This document shows, piece after piece, positions 11,056-22,100 of a stretch of DNA of 64,000 nucleotides (position 1 is its first letter; the number at the start of each line of letters is the position of its first letter). The stretch is from IMG/VR virus record IMGVR_UViG_3300008262_000008. One strand, given 5' to 3'. The stretch is from a virus. Both the position numbers and the translations under genes were made by a program. The notes under the pieces were generated by a model. The model did not search any database. It was not told the DNA's origin and saw only the letters and a list, made by a program, of their open reading frames with translations.

Positions 11056-12588
11056 TTAAAATTCTACAACAACCTTAATGTCTTCGATCTGGTCGTTTGC
11101 CCTGGTAATTGACTTTCTATTATCTATATAGAGAACTTGTGCCGAATTTTTCTTTAATTCAGGCGATGAATATCCAGAAGTGAAACGGGATCCTAGATCA
11201 TAATCAGTATTATTAATTGTTCTCACAGAAGTGTTTTGTCCAAACTGTACATCTGGAGATGCACTAGCACCAGAAGTTAATCCCACAATTGGATTACTTC
11301 CTGTAAATAATGATAAACTACCAGAAATTTCAGGATAAATACCATCAACTTTATTTTGATAGTATCTTAATACTTTTGTTACTGGGTTCCATGAAACAAC
11401 TTTTCCTCTTGAAGTAATGGTTTGTCCACCAACTGTTCTTTGTTGCTGGATAGTTTCGTCTGGTTGGTAATTATTTTGAAAAGTTGGCGAGAAGATAACA
11501 GCGTAAGTTCCTGATAAAGTTAAATCTTCAGTTAATTCTTCAGTATTATATTTTTTTGGATTGATAATTAATCCAATTCTACGATAATCGTTATCAATTG
11601 GAAAGTCTCCAGACCCTTCAGAATATGATAATTTGGTATTTACCATAACTCTATATCCACCAAGTTCAATATCTGCCTGAGCACCATGTCCACCAACAGG
11701 AGGAATAATTACATCAATTTGTCCTCCTGTTCCAGTACCAATACCAGCAATATTTGTAGAATCTACGGTAATTCTTCCAAAGGAATAACCTGTTCCCCCA
11801 GATGTTACTGTAGCTGAGAAGATTTTACCTCCATCGATTGTAATTGAAACTCTACCTCCAGTACCGTCTCCATTAATAGGTACGTTCTCATAAGTTCCAT
11901 TATTATAACCAGCACCAGCAGAAGTAATAACTACAGTATCAATTTCTCCACCAACTGCGTTACTAGAAACCACAGTATCATTAATTACAGGCATGTAATC
12001 ATTTGAGAAAAACTTTAGAACCGATGAAACAGGAATAGTATACATATACTTCCAACGATAACCATCAGAGGTTGAAATAACTGAAGTTGACGTTCCTGTT
12101 GGTTCTACAGTTGAAGGTTTTCCATTTGGATCCGATGGAGAAGTTCCATTGAAAATGCACTTATAAACTTGATATGAAGAGTTGACTACATAAAAATCAG
12201 ATTCATACAATCTTACAGCACCTGAGGATGCTGTTTTAGTTGGAGAATAATCATGTCTATACATATCATATGTGTATCCCAATCCACCTGTAGTTTTTTC
12301 AGGAGGAACCCATTCAATTCTTCTTACAACTTGAATAACATCTGATGAAAGAACTCTTTTTAGAGAGATCATATCATCATAGATATCAGTAAATTCTGAA
12401 AAACTATCAATAGCTGCAGGAGGCGTATTTTCATTATCCCATGGTTGAGGTCTTCCAATAAAGAAATATAATCTATCTCTAGTTGAACCTGCATCTAAAT
12501 CGCTTTGAGATGCAACTGGTCCCTCTAAAGCTTTGATGAATTTCTTTGCAGAAAATATCCTAAATTGATCAGTTAATAGTGCTGACAT
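11056..12588 (-). CDS. gp8: Baseplate wedge protein gp8
   Basis: 510 aa. Motifs MSALLTDQFRI, YFFIGRPQPW, YDMYRHDYS, FYVVNSSYQVYKC, DGYRWKYMYTI and C-terminal LYIDNR..ITRA.DQ.EDIK.V.EF. Confidence 0.92.
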   Translation of the reverse strand: MSALLTDQFRIFSAKKFIKALEGPVASQSDLDAGSTRDRLYFFIGRPQPWDNENTPPAAIDSFSEFTDIYDDMISLKRVLSSDVIQVVRRIEWVPPEKTTGGLGYTYDMYRHDYSPTKTASSGAVRLYESDFYVVNSSYQVYKCIFNGTSPSDPNGKPSTVEPTGTSTSVISTSDGYRWKYMYTIPVSSVLKFFSNDYMPVINDTVVSSNAVGGEIDTVVITSAGAGYNNGTYENVPINGDGTGGRVSITIDGGKIFSATVTSGGTGYSFGRITVDSTNIAGIGTGTGGQIDVIIPPVGGHGAQADIELGGYRVMVNTKLSYSEGSGDFPIDNDYRRIGLIINPKKYNTEELTEDLTLSGTYAVIFSPTFQNNYQPDETIQQQRTVGGQTITSRGKVVSWNPVTKVLRYYQNKVDGIYPEISGSLSLFTGSNPIVGLTSGASASPDVQFGQNTSVRTINNTDYDLGSRFTSGYSSPELKKNSAQVLYIDNRKSITRANDQIEDIKVVVEF

Positions 12589-12600
12589 TGTTATTCTCGT

Positions 12601-12618
12601 TCCTCCATATTATTTATA
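12601..12618 (-). promoter_or_regulatory. Late promoter TATAAATA (12611-12618) and SD GGAGGA (12601-12606) for gp8
   Basis: Exact motifs on the minus strand in the short gap before the gp8 ATG. Confidence 0.8.
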
Positions 12619-12626
12619 ACTTAAAT

Positions 12627-15600
12627 TTATAGTGTTGGTTGTTCGATTAGTATGGTTTGATATTCAATATCTTTAATTCTGTAAGAAGCTCCAGATAAAT
12701 TACCAGTTATATTTTCTCCACCTAAAATAGCTTGTACAATAGCTCCAGTTCCTGTTGTATCTCCTGGATCAGGAACTACAATAACTTCTGGAGGATTTTC
12801 TGGATCGTATCCATAACCACCATCAACAATTGTTGTTGAAGTTAATTGATCTAAAGTTAAAGATGTTGTAGCTGAAGCTGCAAGAAGACCAGTAGTTTCA
12901 ATATCTAAAGTTGGCGCAATAGTATATTGTTGTCCAAAATCCATAACCCTAATATCTACAATGGTAGAATTTTTAGAGAATGTATATAAAGTTCCTACTA
13001 GTGGATCCCCAGTATCATATGGTTGTGGAGACTTAACACGCAAAATTTTATTTGTACTATCCCAAGAAACGACCTCTGCGGTAATACTTGATTGATCTCC
13101 AGTGATAATTTCACCTTCTATAAAATCGACATCAATTGTATTTTCTCTAGATTTTAGATATATGTCTAAAATTGCGGTATGTTCTATACCTTCATCTAAT
13201 CCACCTGCTTCCAAAATAGATGCAATAACTGGATTTGGGTGACCATCTTTAATTTTATCTTGAGTTGTAAGTAGTGTTAGATTTACACCTCCCGTTGTTT
13301 CTTCAATACCATATAGTGTTCCTGGTTTACCTCCATCTAAACTAGTATCACCATCGTATTCAGTACCAGCATTAAATAAATCAGGAATACCATCAACAAA
13401 TCCATTTACAGGAGTATCCTGAAATGCAAAATTTGATAATACTGAAATTGGATCAGTTAATAATGTAACGAATGATCCTATAGTATCTATTAAAATATGA
13501 GGTTTTTGTGCTGACGTTGTAAAATCTGATTTACCTGCATCAAATTGTACAACTGTGCTTCGTTCACTTGCTCTTCCCGCATCAATAAATGCTAGGTCAT
13601 CTACAATAAAATTAATAAACAATTCACCAGTAGATTGCTTCCAATCGTATACAATTCCCTGCTTAGCACCAGCAATATTAACAGTCCTGATAATTCTATC
13701 ACCAATATTAAAAATTAAATCTTCTGGTCTTTCGAGAACAATTCTCTGATCATATCTAAAATTATCTCCCCTAACACATCCTGATATAGAATAAGTATCT
13801 TTGGTTGTATAAGTAAAAATTTCATTTTCAATATAAAATTTTCCACTACCCGAAAAGGGATCTGTGGGATTAATATAAATTGTAGTATCAGATCTACCAA
13901 CATCTTTAAGTAGACCAGCTAAAAATCTACTGCCAGAATTTAAATATTGTCTATTTCTATTAACTCTTTTTAATCTTGCCTTTCTGGTTAAAACTATTTT
14001 TGGTGCGGTAGTATACCCTTTTCCACCAGAGGTAATATTTACATTCGTTAGTTCTCCATTAGAAACATCAATTGTTGCTTTTGCACCAACACCATTACCA
14101 CCTTCAAAAATAAGATAAGGTGGTATATCATAGTATTCTCCAGGATCTGTAATTTGAATACTAGAAACATATCCAGCATTATCTACATTAATTTTTCCTG
14201 CAGCACCAATTCCACCACCACCTTGTATTATAAGACCAACATCTCCCTCAGTATAATTTTTGCCAGGATTAATAATACTTAAAGAAGTAACACTATTAGT
14301 TGATACAGATGCAGATGCCCCATTTCCTCCAAATCCACTAATATTAACTGTTGTTGGGCCAAAATATTCATCACCTTGAGATACTAATTGAATATAAGAT
14401 ATCGCTCCATCAGAAATATTTGCTATAGCTACTGCTGGAGTAGTTGGATTGCCACCTGAAATTTCTAGTGTTGGTGGAGAAGTATAACCTCCTCCCCTAT
14501 TGATAATTTGTATCTCAACTACTTTTCCAGCTAAAACAACAGCACTTAAAACTGCTCCAACACCGCCGCCCCCGTTCGCAACAACTGTTGGTTCGGACTG
14601 ATATCCAGAACCTTGATCAGTGATAGTTATTGTAGAGATTACTTTATCAGATCGTAAAATAGGTTTAGCATTTGCACCATATCCTTGTGTTGCTGCAGCA
14701 CCTGTACCAACAGGTGTTGATAAAATTTCAACTCTTAATGGATCATAACCTGCGCCACTATTAATTACTTTTACTGCAACAATTTTATCTTTGAATATAA
14801 TTGGTTCTAACACTGCAGGAACACTTGGATTTCCAGCATTCGCAATTCTTAAAATTGGAGGATTACTTACATCATATCCAGAGCCAGCATTTACAACATC
14901 TACACTATCAATTCCATTTTCAGTATTAAATGAAGGAATTAATACTGCTCCACTTCCAGGAGTTAATACTGTGGGATCTTCACCAAGTTCAACTGGCGAT
15001 CCATAGTATGTTGGGCCTATTACATATGGATATGTAGGAGTTGTTAGTGAGTTATTAAATGTTGTAAAATATGCATATGTTCCGTTAGGAAAATCTGGAG
15101 TAACACAATATCTTCCATTATGCTGATCTAAATCACCATATCCCAAAACCCATTCATAATCCTGTACATATTGTCCAGCTTGTCTTATAATTGGTAAAAT
15201 TTGTTGATTTGGTGGAGTAGTATTAATAGGATTAATAATATAATATAAATTGTATGAACTTGTTGTTGGTGCTACTGGAGGAACTTTGAAAAATACTTTT
15301 ATAATGTATTCTCCAGGAGATAATCTTTGAACGATACTTTCATCTTTATCTCCTCCAAAAACCGAGTTTGCGATTGGGAAACCTGTTGAAGTTTGGAGCT
15401 CTAGATCAACATCAATTGCGCCTGGATTTAAATCAAGTGTGATAGAAACTACTGATGTTGAAGATACTATAAATCTATAGAATTTTTCTACTCCATCAAT
15501 ACTACTAATAATACTCTCTTGGAATTCTATTCTTTGATAAGGTAATGGCGTTACAATTGGCAGAGGATTTTTTAATCTATAACTTGTAGATAAAACTTTT

Positions 15601-16148
15601 ACACCAGAATTTATATTTGTTGGATCTGTATAACCAACAGGACCATATATGGGATACCCATCTAATGCCACACCCAAAATTTTAGAATGTCCATCTTCAT
15701 GATATAAATCATCATTATAGTAATTTCCTCTACTCAGTTCTTTGTCAACTTCACTCCAACCATTCCAACCTTTTCCTGTATTGTAATGGTATACATTATT
15801 TTCATCTGGATATCCATCATATTGATCTTTACCAGTAATAAAAGAACTATGCATTTTATCATAGTTAAATCCAGCTGGAGGTAGAGGAGCTCCTTGTTGA
15901 CCAGCATTAGGTGAATATATTGGCACACCATTCATTGCAAATCCAACAATTTTATAAGATGTTGGAACAGAAATCGAAGAAGGAATATTAACTCCCCCTC
16001 TATAAATTATTGTCTGATCAAAACTTTGTTCCTCAACAGTACTTGTGTTGTTTGCATTAGGAAATGCTCCAATCGAATGTAGTGGTAATCCATTCGATTG
16101 GATTCTCATAAAACTGTTATTATTTTCGAATGTAAAGGTGCCTGCCAT
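12627..16148 (-). CDS. YHYH-domain virion structural protein with PPC-like insertion and GxGA beta repeats
   Basis: 1173 aa. YHYH-family motifs VGFAMNGVPIY, VYHYN, HSKILGVALDGYPIYGP, GDLDQHNGRYCVTPDFPNGTYAYF, followed by GxGAxA...GxGY...P repeats. Confidence 0.8.
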   Translation of the reverse strand: MAGTFTFENNNSFMRIQSNGLPLHSIGAFPNANNTSTVEEQSFDQTIIYRGGVNIPSSISVPTSYKIVGFAMNGVPIYSPNAGQQGAPLPPAGFNYDKMHSSFITGKDQYDGYPDENNVYHYNTGKGWNGWSEVDKELSRGNYYNDDLYHEDGHSKILGVALDGYPIYGPVGYTDPTNINSGVKVLSTSYRLKNPLPIVTPLPYQRIEFQESIISSIDGVEKFYRFIVSSTSVVSITLDLNPGAIDVDLELQTSTGFPIANSVFGGDKDESIVQRLSPGEYIIKVFFKVPPVAPTTSSYNLYYIINPINTTPPNQQILPIIRQAGQYVQDYEWVLGYGDLDQHNGRYCVTPDFPNGTYAYFTTFNNSLTTPTYPYVIGPTYYGSPVELGEDPTVLTPGSGAVLIPSFNTENGIDSVDVVNAGSGYDVSNPPILRIANAGNPSVPAVLEPIIFKDKIVAVKVINSGAGYDPLRVEILSTPVGTGAAATQGYGANAKPILRSDKVISTITITDQGSGYQSEPTVVANGGGGVGAVLSAVVLAGKVVEIQIINRGGGYTSPPTLEISGGNPTTPAVAIANISDGAISYIQLVSQGDEYFGPTTVNISGFGGNGASASVSTNSVTSLSIINPGKNYTEGDVGLIIQGGGGIGAAGKINVDNAGYVSSIQITDPGEYYDIPPYLIFEGGNGVGAKATIDVSNGELTNVNITSGGKGYTTAPKIVLTRKARLKRVNRNRQYLNSGSRFLAGLLKDVGRSDTTIYINPTDPFSGSGKFYIENEIFTYTTKDTYSISGCVRGDNFRYDQRIVLERPEDLIFNIGDRIIRTVNIAGAKQGIVYDWKQSTGELFINFIVDDLAFIDAGRASERSTVVQFDAGKSDFTTSAQKPHILIDTIGSFVTLLTDPISVLSNFAFQDTPVNGFVDGIPDLFNAGTEYDGDTSLDGGKPGTLYGIEETTGGVNLTLLTTQDKIKDGHPNPVIASILEAGGLDEGIEHTAILDIYLKSRENTIDVDFIEGEIITGDQSSITAEVVSWDSTNKILRVKSPQPYDTGDPLVGTLYTFSKNSTIVDIRVMDFGQQYTIAPTLDIETTGLLAASATTSLTLDQLTSTTIVDGGYGYDPENPPEVIVVPDPGDTTGTGAIVQAILGGENITGNLSGASYRIKDIEYQTILIEQPTL

Positions 16149-16165
16149 TACTCTACTCTTTCCTT

Positions 16166-16172
16166 TATTTAT
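16166..16172 (-). promoter_or_regulatory. Late promoter-like ATAAATA
   Basis: In the 33-bp gap between the giant gene and the YHYH gene. Confidence 0.6.
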
Positions 16173-16181
16173 TTCTAAAAG

Positions 16182-19100
16182 TTATTCTTCATCTAGACCA
16201 AAATCACCAAATACATTACCAGTGCCTAATAATAAAGTTGAATTTGGTAATTCTACTGTAGCAGCAATTACTTCAGGGTCTCTATAACCATAACCACCAT
16301 CAACAAGATTGACCGATGATACACCTACTAATGCTTTTAATTGTCCATCAAATCCACCAGTTGAAGTTACAACAACTTCTGGTCTAGATGTGTATCCAGA
16401 TCCACCAGCACTAATTTGTGTTTCTGAAATTAGTCCCTTAGAAATTACTGCCGTTAATACTGCAGATTTACCATATACAGGTCCATCATAATTGTATGTC
16501 ACGAGAGAATTTGAAGATTCAATAACAGCAACTGTTCTGTCTTCTGTCTCACCCTCAATTGATAAAATATCATCAGTTTCAACTTCAGGAACTACAACAT
16601 CTTGTACAACGTCAGCATCAGAACCAATATATGCAAATCCAATAAATTGACTTCCAGTTCTAGGAACTTCAGTGAAATTAATTCTAGAACCACTTAAATC
16701 ATAACCTTCTCCAGCTTTTTGGATGACACCATTCATGGAAACAATGATATTATTATCAGGTTTTGTTAATGCAGAAGATCCCTCTGTAACTGTTAATGAG
16801 TAGAAAGAATTATTTCGCTTAAGGTTAAAGCTAGATCTTAATGAATCAAATTCAAACGAGATATCATCTAAAATTCTAAGCTTACCTAAGTAAGTTCCAA
16901 CGAAACTGGAACCGAATTGAGGAGCTTCGTAGAATGTAATTTTATCACTAAATGTAATGTAAGAAATGCCTGGTTGTTGTAAAATTCCATTAACAAATAT
17001 TAATACATAACCTTCAGTATTTGGGAAGTATTGTATTCCATTATTATATGTTAAATCAAATGTTGTTTGAACTCCATCAAAACCACGGAAATACCTATCT
17101 ACTTTACCAAGAACCTGGGTAGTTTTACTGTTATATGAAACATAACCACCACTAGATGTAATCCTACAATAATCATTAAAATTGCCCACTACTGAAGTTA
17201 AGAATAATTGTTTTGTTGAACCAACTAAAACAACCTTATTAATTGTTGCATATGAATATTGATTATTATATACTTCTTCTAGAGATACAATGGTTGCTTT
17301 TCCAATTACATTTTGAGTTGTAGTATTTTTATTTGCAATCAATGCTCCCTTATCAAAAGTTGTATATGTTATAGTTGAAGGAACATTTGCATAATCAGTA
17401 AGAATACTGATGTATAAATCAACTAAAGTATTGATGGTGCTTCTAACAGTAGCACAAGAATTAATATTATATGCTGTTGGATAAGCATCATCATATAACA
17501 CTTCATCATTAAATACTTGATCAACTGCTGCATAATAATTTGCTAACTCATGTCTAGCATTTTGATAGGATGTTGGTACTGGAATATTATTAATTACATA
17601 AGGTAGTAATGTTTTTAGATATGTTAAACCTGCAATACTTTGCGATTCTTCACCAGCAATTCCATTAGTAATGAAAGTGCCAGTCACTGCATCATAATAA
17701 TATAATGCACTATTCACAACTTTACTATTTCCACCGTATCTTACGTTATGAGCGATTGCATCAATCCAGTATTTAATATCTCTTTCACACTTGACTTCAT
17801 TTGTTGACCAAGTACCTACTGTCTCTGTAGGAACACTAGATGTATTTCCTGCATTAAGAGCAGTTGTCATAATCGCGGTAAGAGTAGTAATTGCACTTTG
17901 AACTTGTGTGCATGAAGATGAGTTTTGGTTTGAACCTGTTGTAGGATCTGCAGAAATTGTTAAATCCTGAACAGGAGTTAATCCTGTATATGTTCCAGTT
18001 GGTAAAGTATTAGTAATCGCTGCCTTCATCAAATCTCTTGCATAATTAAATGCTGCAACAGATTGCGTTACTTCTCCCGCTAAACCATTAGTTAGAAGGG
18101 TTGTAGCGTTGCTAAAGTAGTATAAAGTATTAGTTCTAGTATTTTGATTTCCTCCATCATACAGGTCATTAGCAACCCCTTTGATGAAGTATTCTAGATC
18201 TCTCTTACACTTGTTTTCACCTGTTGTCCAAGTTCCAACATTTCTCTTTGGTAGATTAATTAGACTACCATCTGTTAAAATGCCAGTAAGAATTGCAGTT
18301 AATGATGTAATAGCACTTTGGACGTTCGAACATGAATTTGTGTTAGTATTTGAACCTGTTGAAGGATCTGCGGTAATTGTTAAATCTGTAGTTGGTAAGT
18401 TGTTTGTTATAGCAAGTTTGCATAGATCTCTAACTTGATTAAATGCATAAATTGACTGAGTTAGTTCTCCTACTAATCCATTAGATAATAATCCACCCGT
18501 TGCTTGATCAAAGTATGCAATAGTTGCATCATAGATATTTGCATTACCACCATCATAAAGATCATTAGCAATCGCATCAATTACATAACCAAGATCTCTA
18601 CGACACTTAGTTTGATCATTATTGGGGAAAACAAATGTTGGATAGGCAGCAATTAAATTATTGATGGTAGTATCAATAATATACTGTCTATTTTTCTTGA
18701 TTAGAGTTCCAGCATCTTTAAATCTATTTACCGAAGAAGATGGTAACCAATAATCTTGTGATGTTGGTGTACCAGGATACATAAAGTCTGGATACGTTGC
18801 CTTAATATAACCAGTAGTTTCCTCAATGATATAATCACTGTTTGCATAAATTAAATTACTAGCATCCTTAAATCTACTTACAGATGAAGAAGGAGAATAA
18901 TCACTTTGCGATGCTGGGGTTCCTGGGAACTCAAAGTCTGGATATTGACTCTTAATATATCCACTAACTTCTTTTGCAATAAAATCTTTATTTGAGATTA
19001 AAAGATTTGATGCATCAATATGTGTTCCATCAATACCGATTTCAGTATTTGGTGAGTTGATAGGCAATACGGTATTTTGTGTGTCAGTATGATAGAACTC

Positions 19101-22100
19101 AACTCTTCTTGATAGTTTAGTAACAGTTCCATAATTTATTGTAGGACTGTCACCAACTACAATACTTCTAACTGCAAATAGTCTACCAGCAGTAATTTCA
19201 ACTAAATTATCTAGATTTAATACATTAGTAGTTGGATTCCAACTAGTAACATATGCATTTGCAACTTCTTGAGATTGACTATCTAACAATTTGACAAAAT
19301 CATTTTCTGCAAATGTTCCACTAATACCATTTTCAAAATAAGCTTCAGCATATTCAGTTTCATTAATACCAACAATAGTGCTTTCATCTCCAGTCTTAGT
19401 TTCTGAAATTTCATCAATTAGTGAAATACTATCTCCAATATCAAAATCTGCTAATGATTGATCAACATCAACCGTCATTTTATTAATTTTTCCTGAAATA
19501 ACAGTATCACCAGCTGTTAGTGATACTGTTTGACCCTCTTCAACTACTGTAATAATAACTTCATTATCCGAAGAATTAACTGTTTGTGATTCATAAAAAT
19601 AACCTTCGATATTTTCTGTGTCTAAAGTTAATTTTCCACCTGTGTTTGATATAATTGGGGCACTATTATATAATGATTGATCGAGAGTTGCATCTGCACC
19701 AGAAGTTAATCCAGTAAAATATTCACCGTCCTCAATCTGAGAACTAATATCAATTAATTTTAATCTATTAGTAGAACCGACTAATACGGTTGCAATAGAA
19801 CCACTTACATTACCTTCAATGATATCATCAACATCAAATGCACCAGATGTAATTATAACATCCAAGAATAGTGTATTATTTACTACTTCATAACCATAAA
19901 TTTCAGCAGTTCCAGATTGTGTAGTGTTTGTAATTTCTTCATTAGTGAACTCTGCCTCAACAGGACTATTTTCCACATCAAATTCTACAGGTATGCGAGT
20001 ATAAATTTTCTTAACCTTTGCGGTTCTTTCTATTATTGAAGTAACTTCTGCAATACTACCGCTAGATTGACCATATACATAATTTCCAAGAGTTATTCCA
20101 CCAATAACAGGATTTGGTAGTATACGAGTTCCATAATTAGGAGATGGTAGGGAAACACCATAAGTTTTTGTGACATTTAATGCCAAATACTGTGGAGATG
20201 ATAATGTTGAAGTTAATATTAAAGTTTCCGCAGTAACTTTAGTTGTTGGACCAGCACTAACCGAGATATTTGGATCTGTATATGCATAGAATGTTGTCAA
20301 TGGTGAAGGAGATACAAGTGTTTCATTAATTGCTGAAATTGTATAATCTCTAGCTTTGTTGTATGCAGCATTAGTAGCAGTAACATTTTTGTATATGAAT
20401 GATGTTACTGCAGTTCCTGACGAATTTAAATATGCTGATACATAATTCACTATTCCAGAATTTCCGTTAGTTAATAAATCATAAACTAAAGCATCAACAT
20501 AATCATCGAGTGCTGCTTTCGCGTTTGTAATTTCACTTGCAGATAAATTTAAAGTTGTATAAGTATTGGTAATAAATTTATGTGTTTCAGATACTATATA
20601 CTCCTTATTATAAAGAGCAAGTTTAGAAGCATCTTGATAGTTTTGTCCTGCTGGTCTCAAGAAAGCAATCATAATATCGTATAAAGTCGCAATAGCAGAC
20701 TTAACATTCGCACATCCACCAACATCATTTGTAATTGTATAATCTCTTACTGGATAACTTATTGGTGTTACAGTTTGATATTGTGCTGTATAAATTTCAT
20801 TATTAATTACTTTTTGTGCCAACTCTTTAATTTTTTGTAAAGTTACAATCGTAGGTAGTAACTCATTTTTGACTGAAGTAATTGATACTCCATCAGCAAG
20901 ATAGAATTTTAATCCATCAATAGTATAACCTTGTCCTCCAGTCAATAGATCTAAAATTACTGCATCGATTAGCAGTTTCATATCTCTTTCACACTTAGAT
21001 TGACCAGCAGCCCCGCTGGGGAATGTTAATGCATTATATTGAACATTATTTAACGTATATTTAAATTGACTGATTGTATATGCAACTGCTTCTTTAGCAA
21101 TAAAATCTCTATTGAACCAGAGTAAATTGCAAGCATCTCTATATCTTTGTGCTGTAGGAGCAAGAACATCATTAATAACACCCCATAGATAATCAATTCT
21201 TGAAGCAATAGCATCTGCATCAGATTCAATGTTAGTACCTAAGGTACTAATAGGTCTTTCTAAAGTAAATTGAGCATCATAATCAACTAATGTATTCAGT
21301 ACAGCTTTTTTGCAAAGATCTCTAACAAAGAAGTGTGCATGTAAACTTTGTAGAAGTTGACCAACTCCAAATTGCTGTGCTTCTCCTGGTTGATAAAGAT
21401 AACGAATTTGCTCGTTAGATGAAATATATGCTTTTGCAGCAGAAATTGAATAATAATCTCCACCAGAAGATAAATCTTGTGCAACTGCAGTAATTAATAA
21501 TTGCAAATCTCTTCTGCAAGTACTTGTTCCAGATAGGTTATTGCCAACATCTCCTGGTATTTGGAAATCTTCATAATAATATTTTAATTCATTCGATGCT
21601 TCTTCTGAAATAAACAATGAATTTTTCAAGATAACATCTGCAGCTTCTCTGTATGAATTTAAAGAACTATCAAATGCATCAGTGTAAACAATATTCTGAG
21701 CATTGATTACTTGCTTTGCCAGAATTGGAACAGTGATTTTTTCAGATACTTCTGCTGTAGTGTAACTAGTTGGTAAAATGATATTTGAGTTGTTAGTACC
21801 GTTAAAATTAAACAATACTAATGTATACGAGTCTTGAACAAACTCAGAAGAAGGTACTGCAAAATTATTAGTATATCTTGCATTTGTTGAAATGCGAAGA
21901 TCATCAATGTAACCAGTAAATCCTGTAGAAACGTTTTGGTATGAGTTGCCAATAGTCAAAGGTCTATTTGCGTAAGTGCGAGTATCGGAGAATGAAGTCG
22001 CAACACCAACACCGTTTACATAAATTTGAACTTGAGTGTTATTTTTAACAACTGCAACATGTGACCAACTATTGAGTGAAGCTGTAGCGGTGGTGGTCCA

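Noticed and set aside
19969-19977. Single TTTTCCACA
   Set aside because: Isolated and within coding sequence. About one chance copy is expected in an AT-rich 64 kb.
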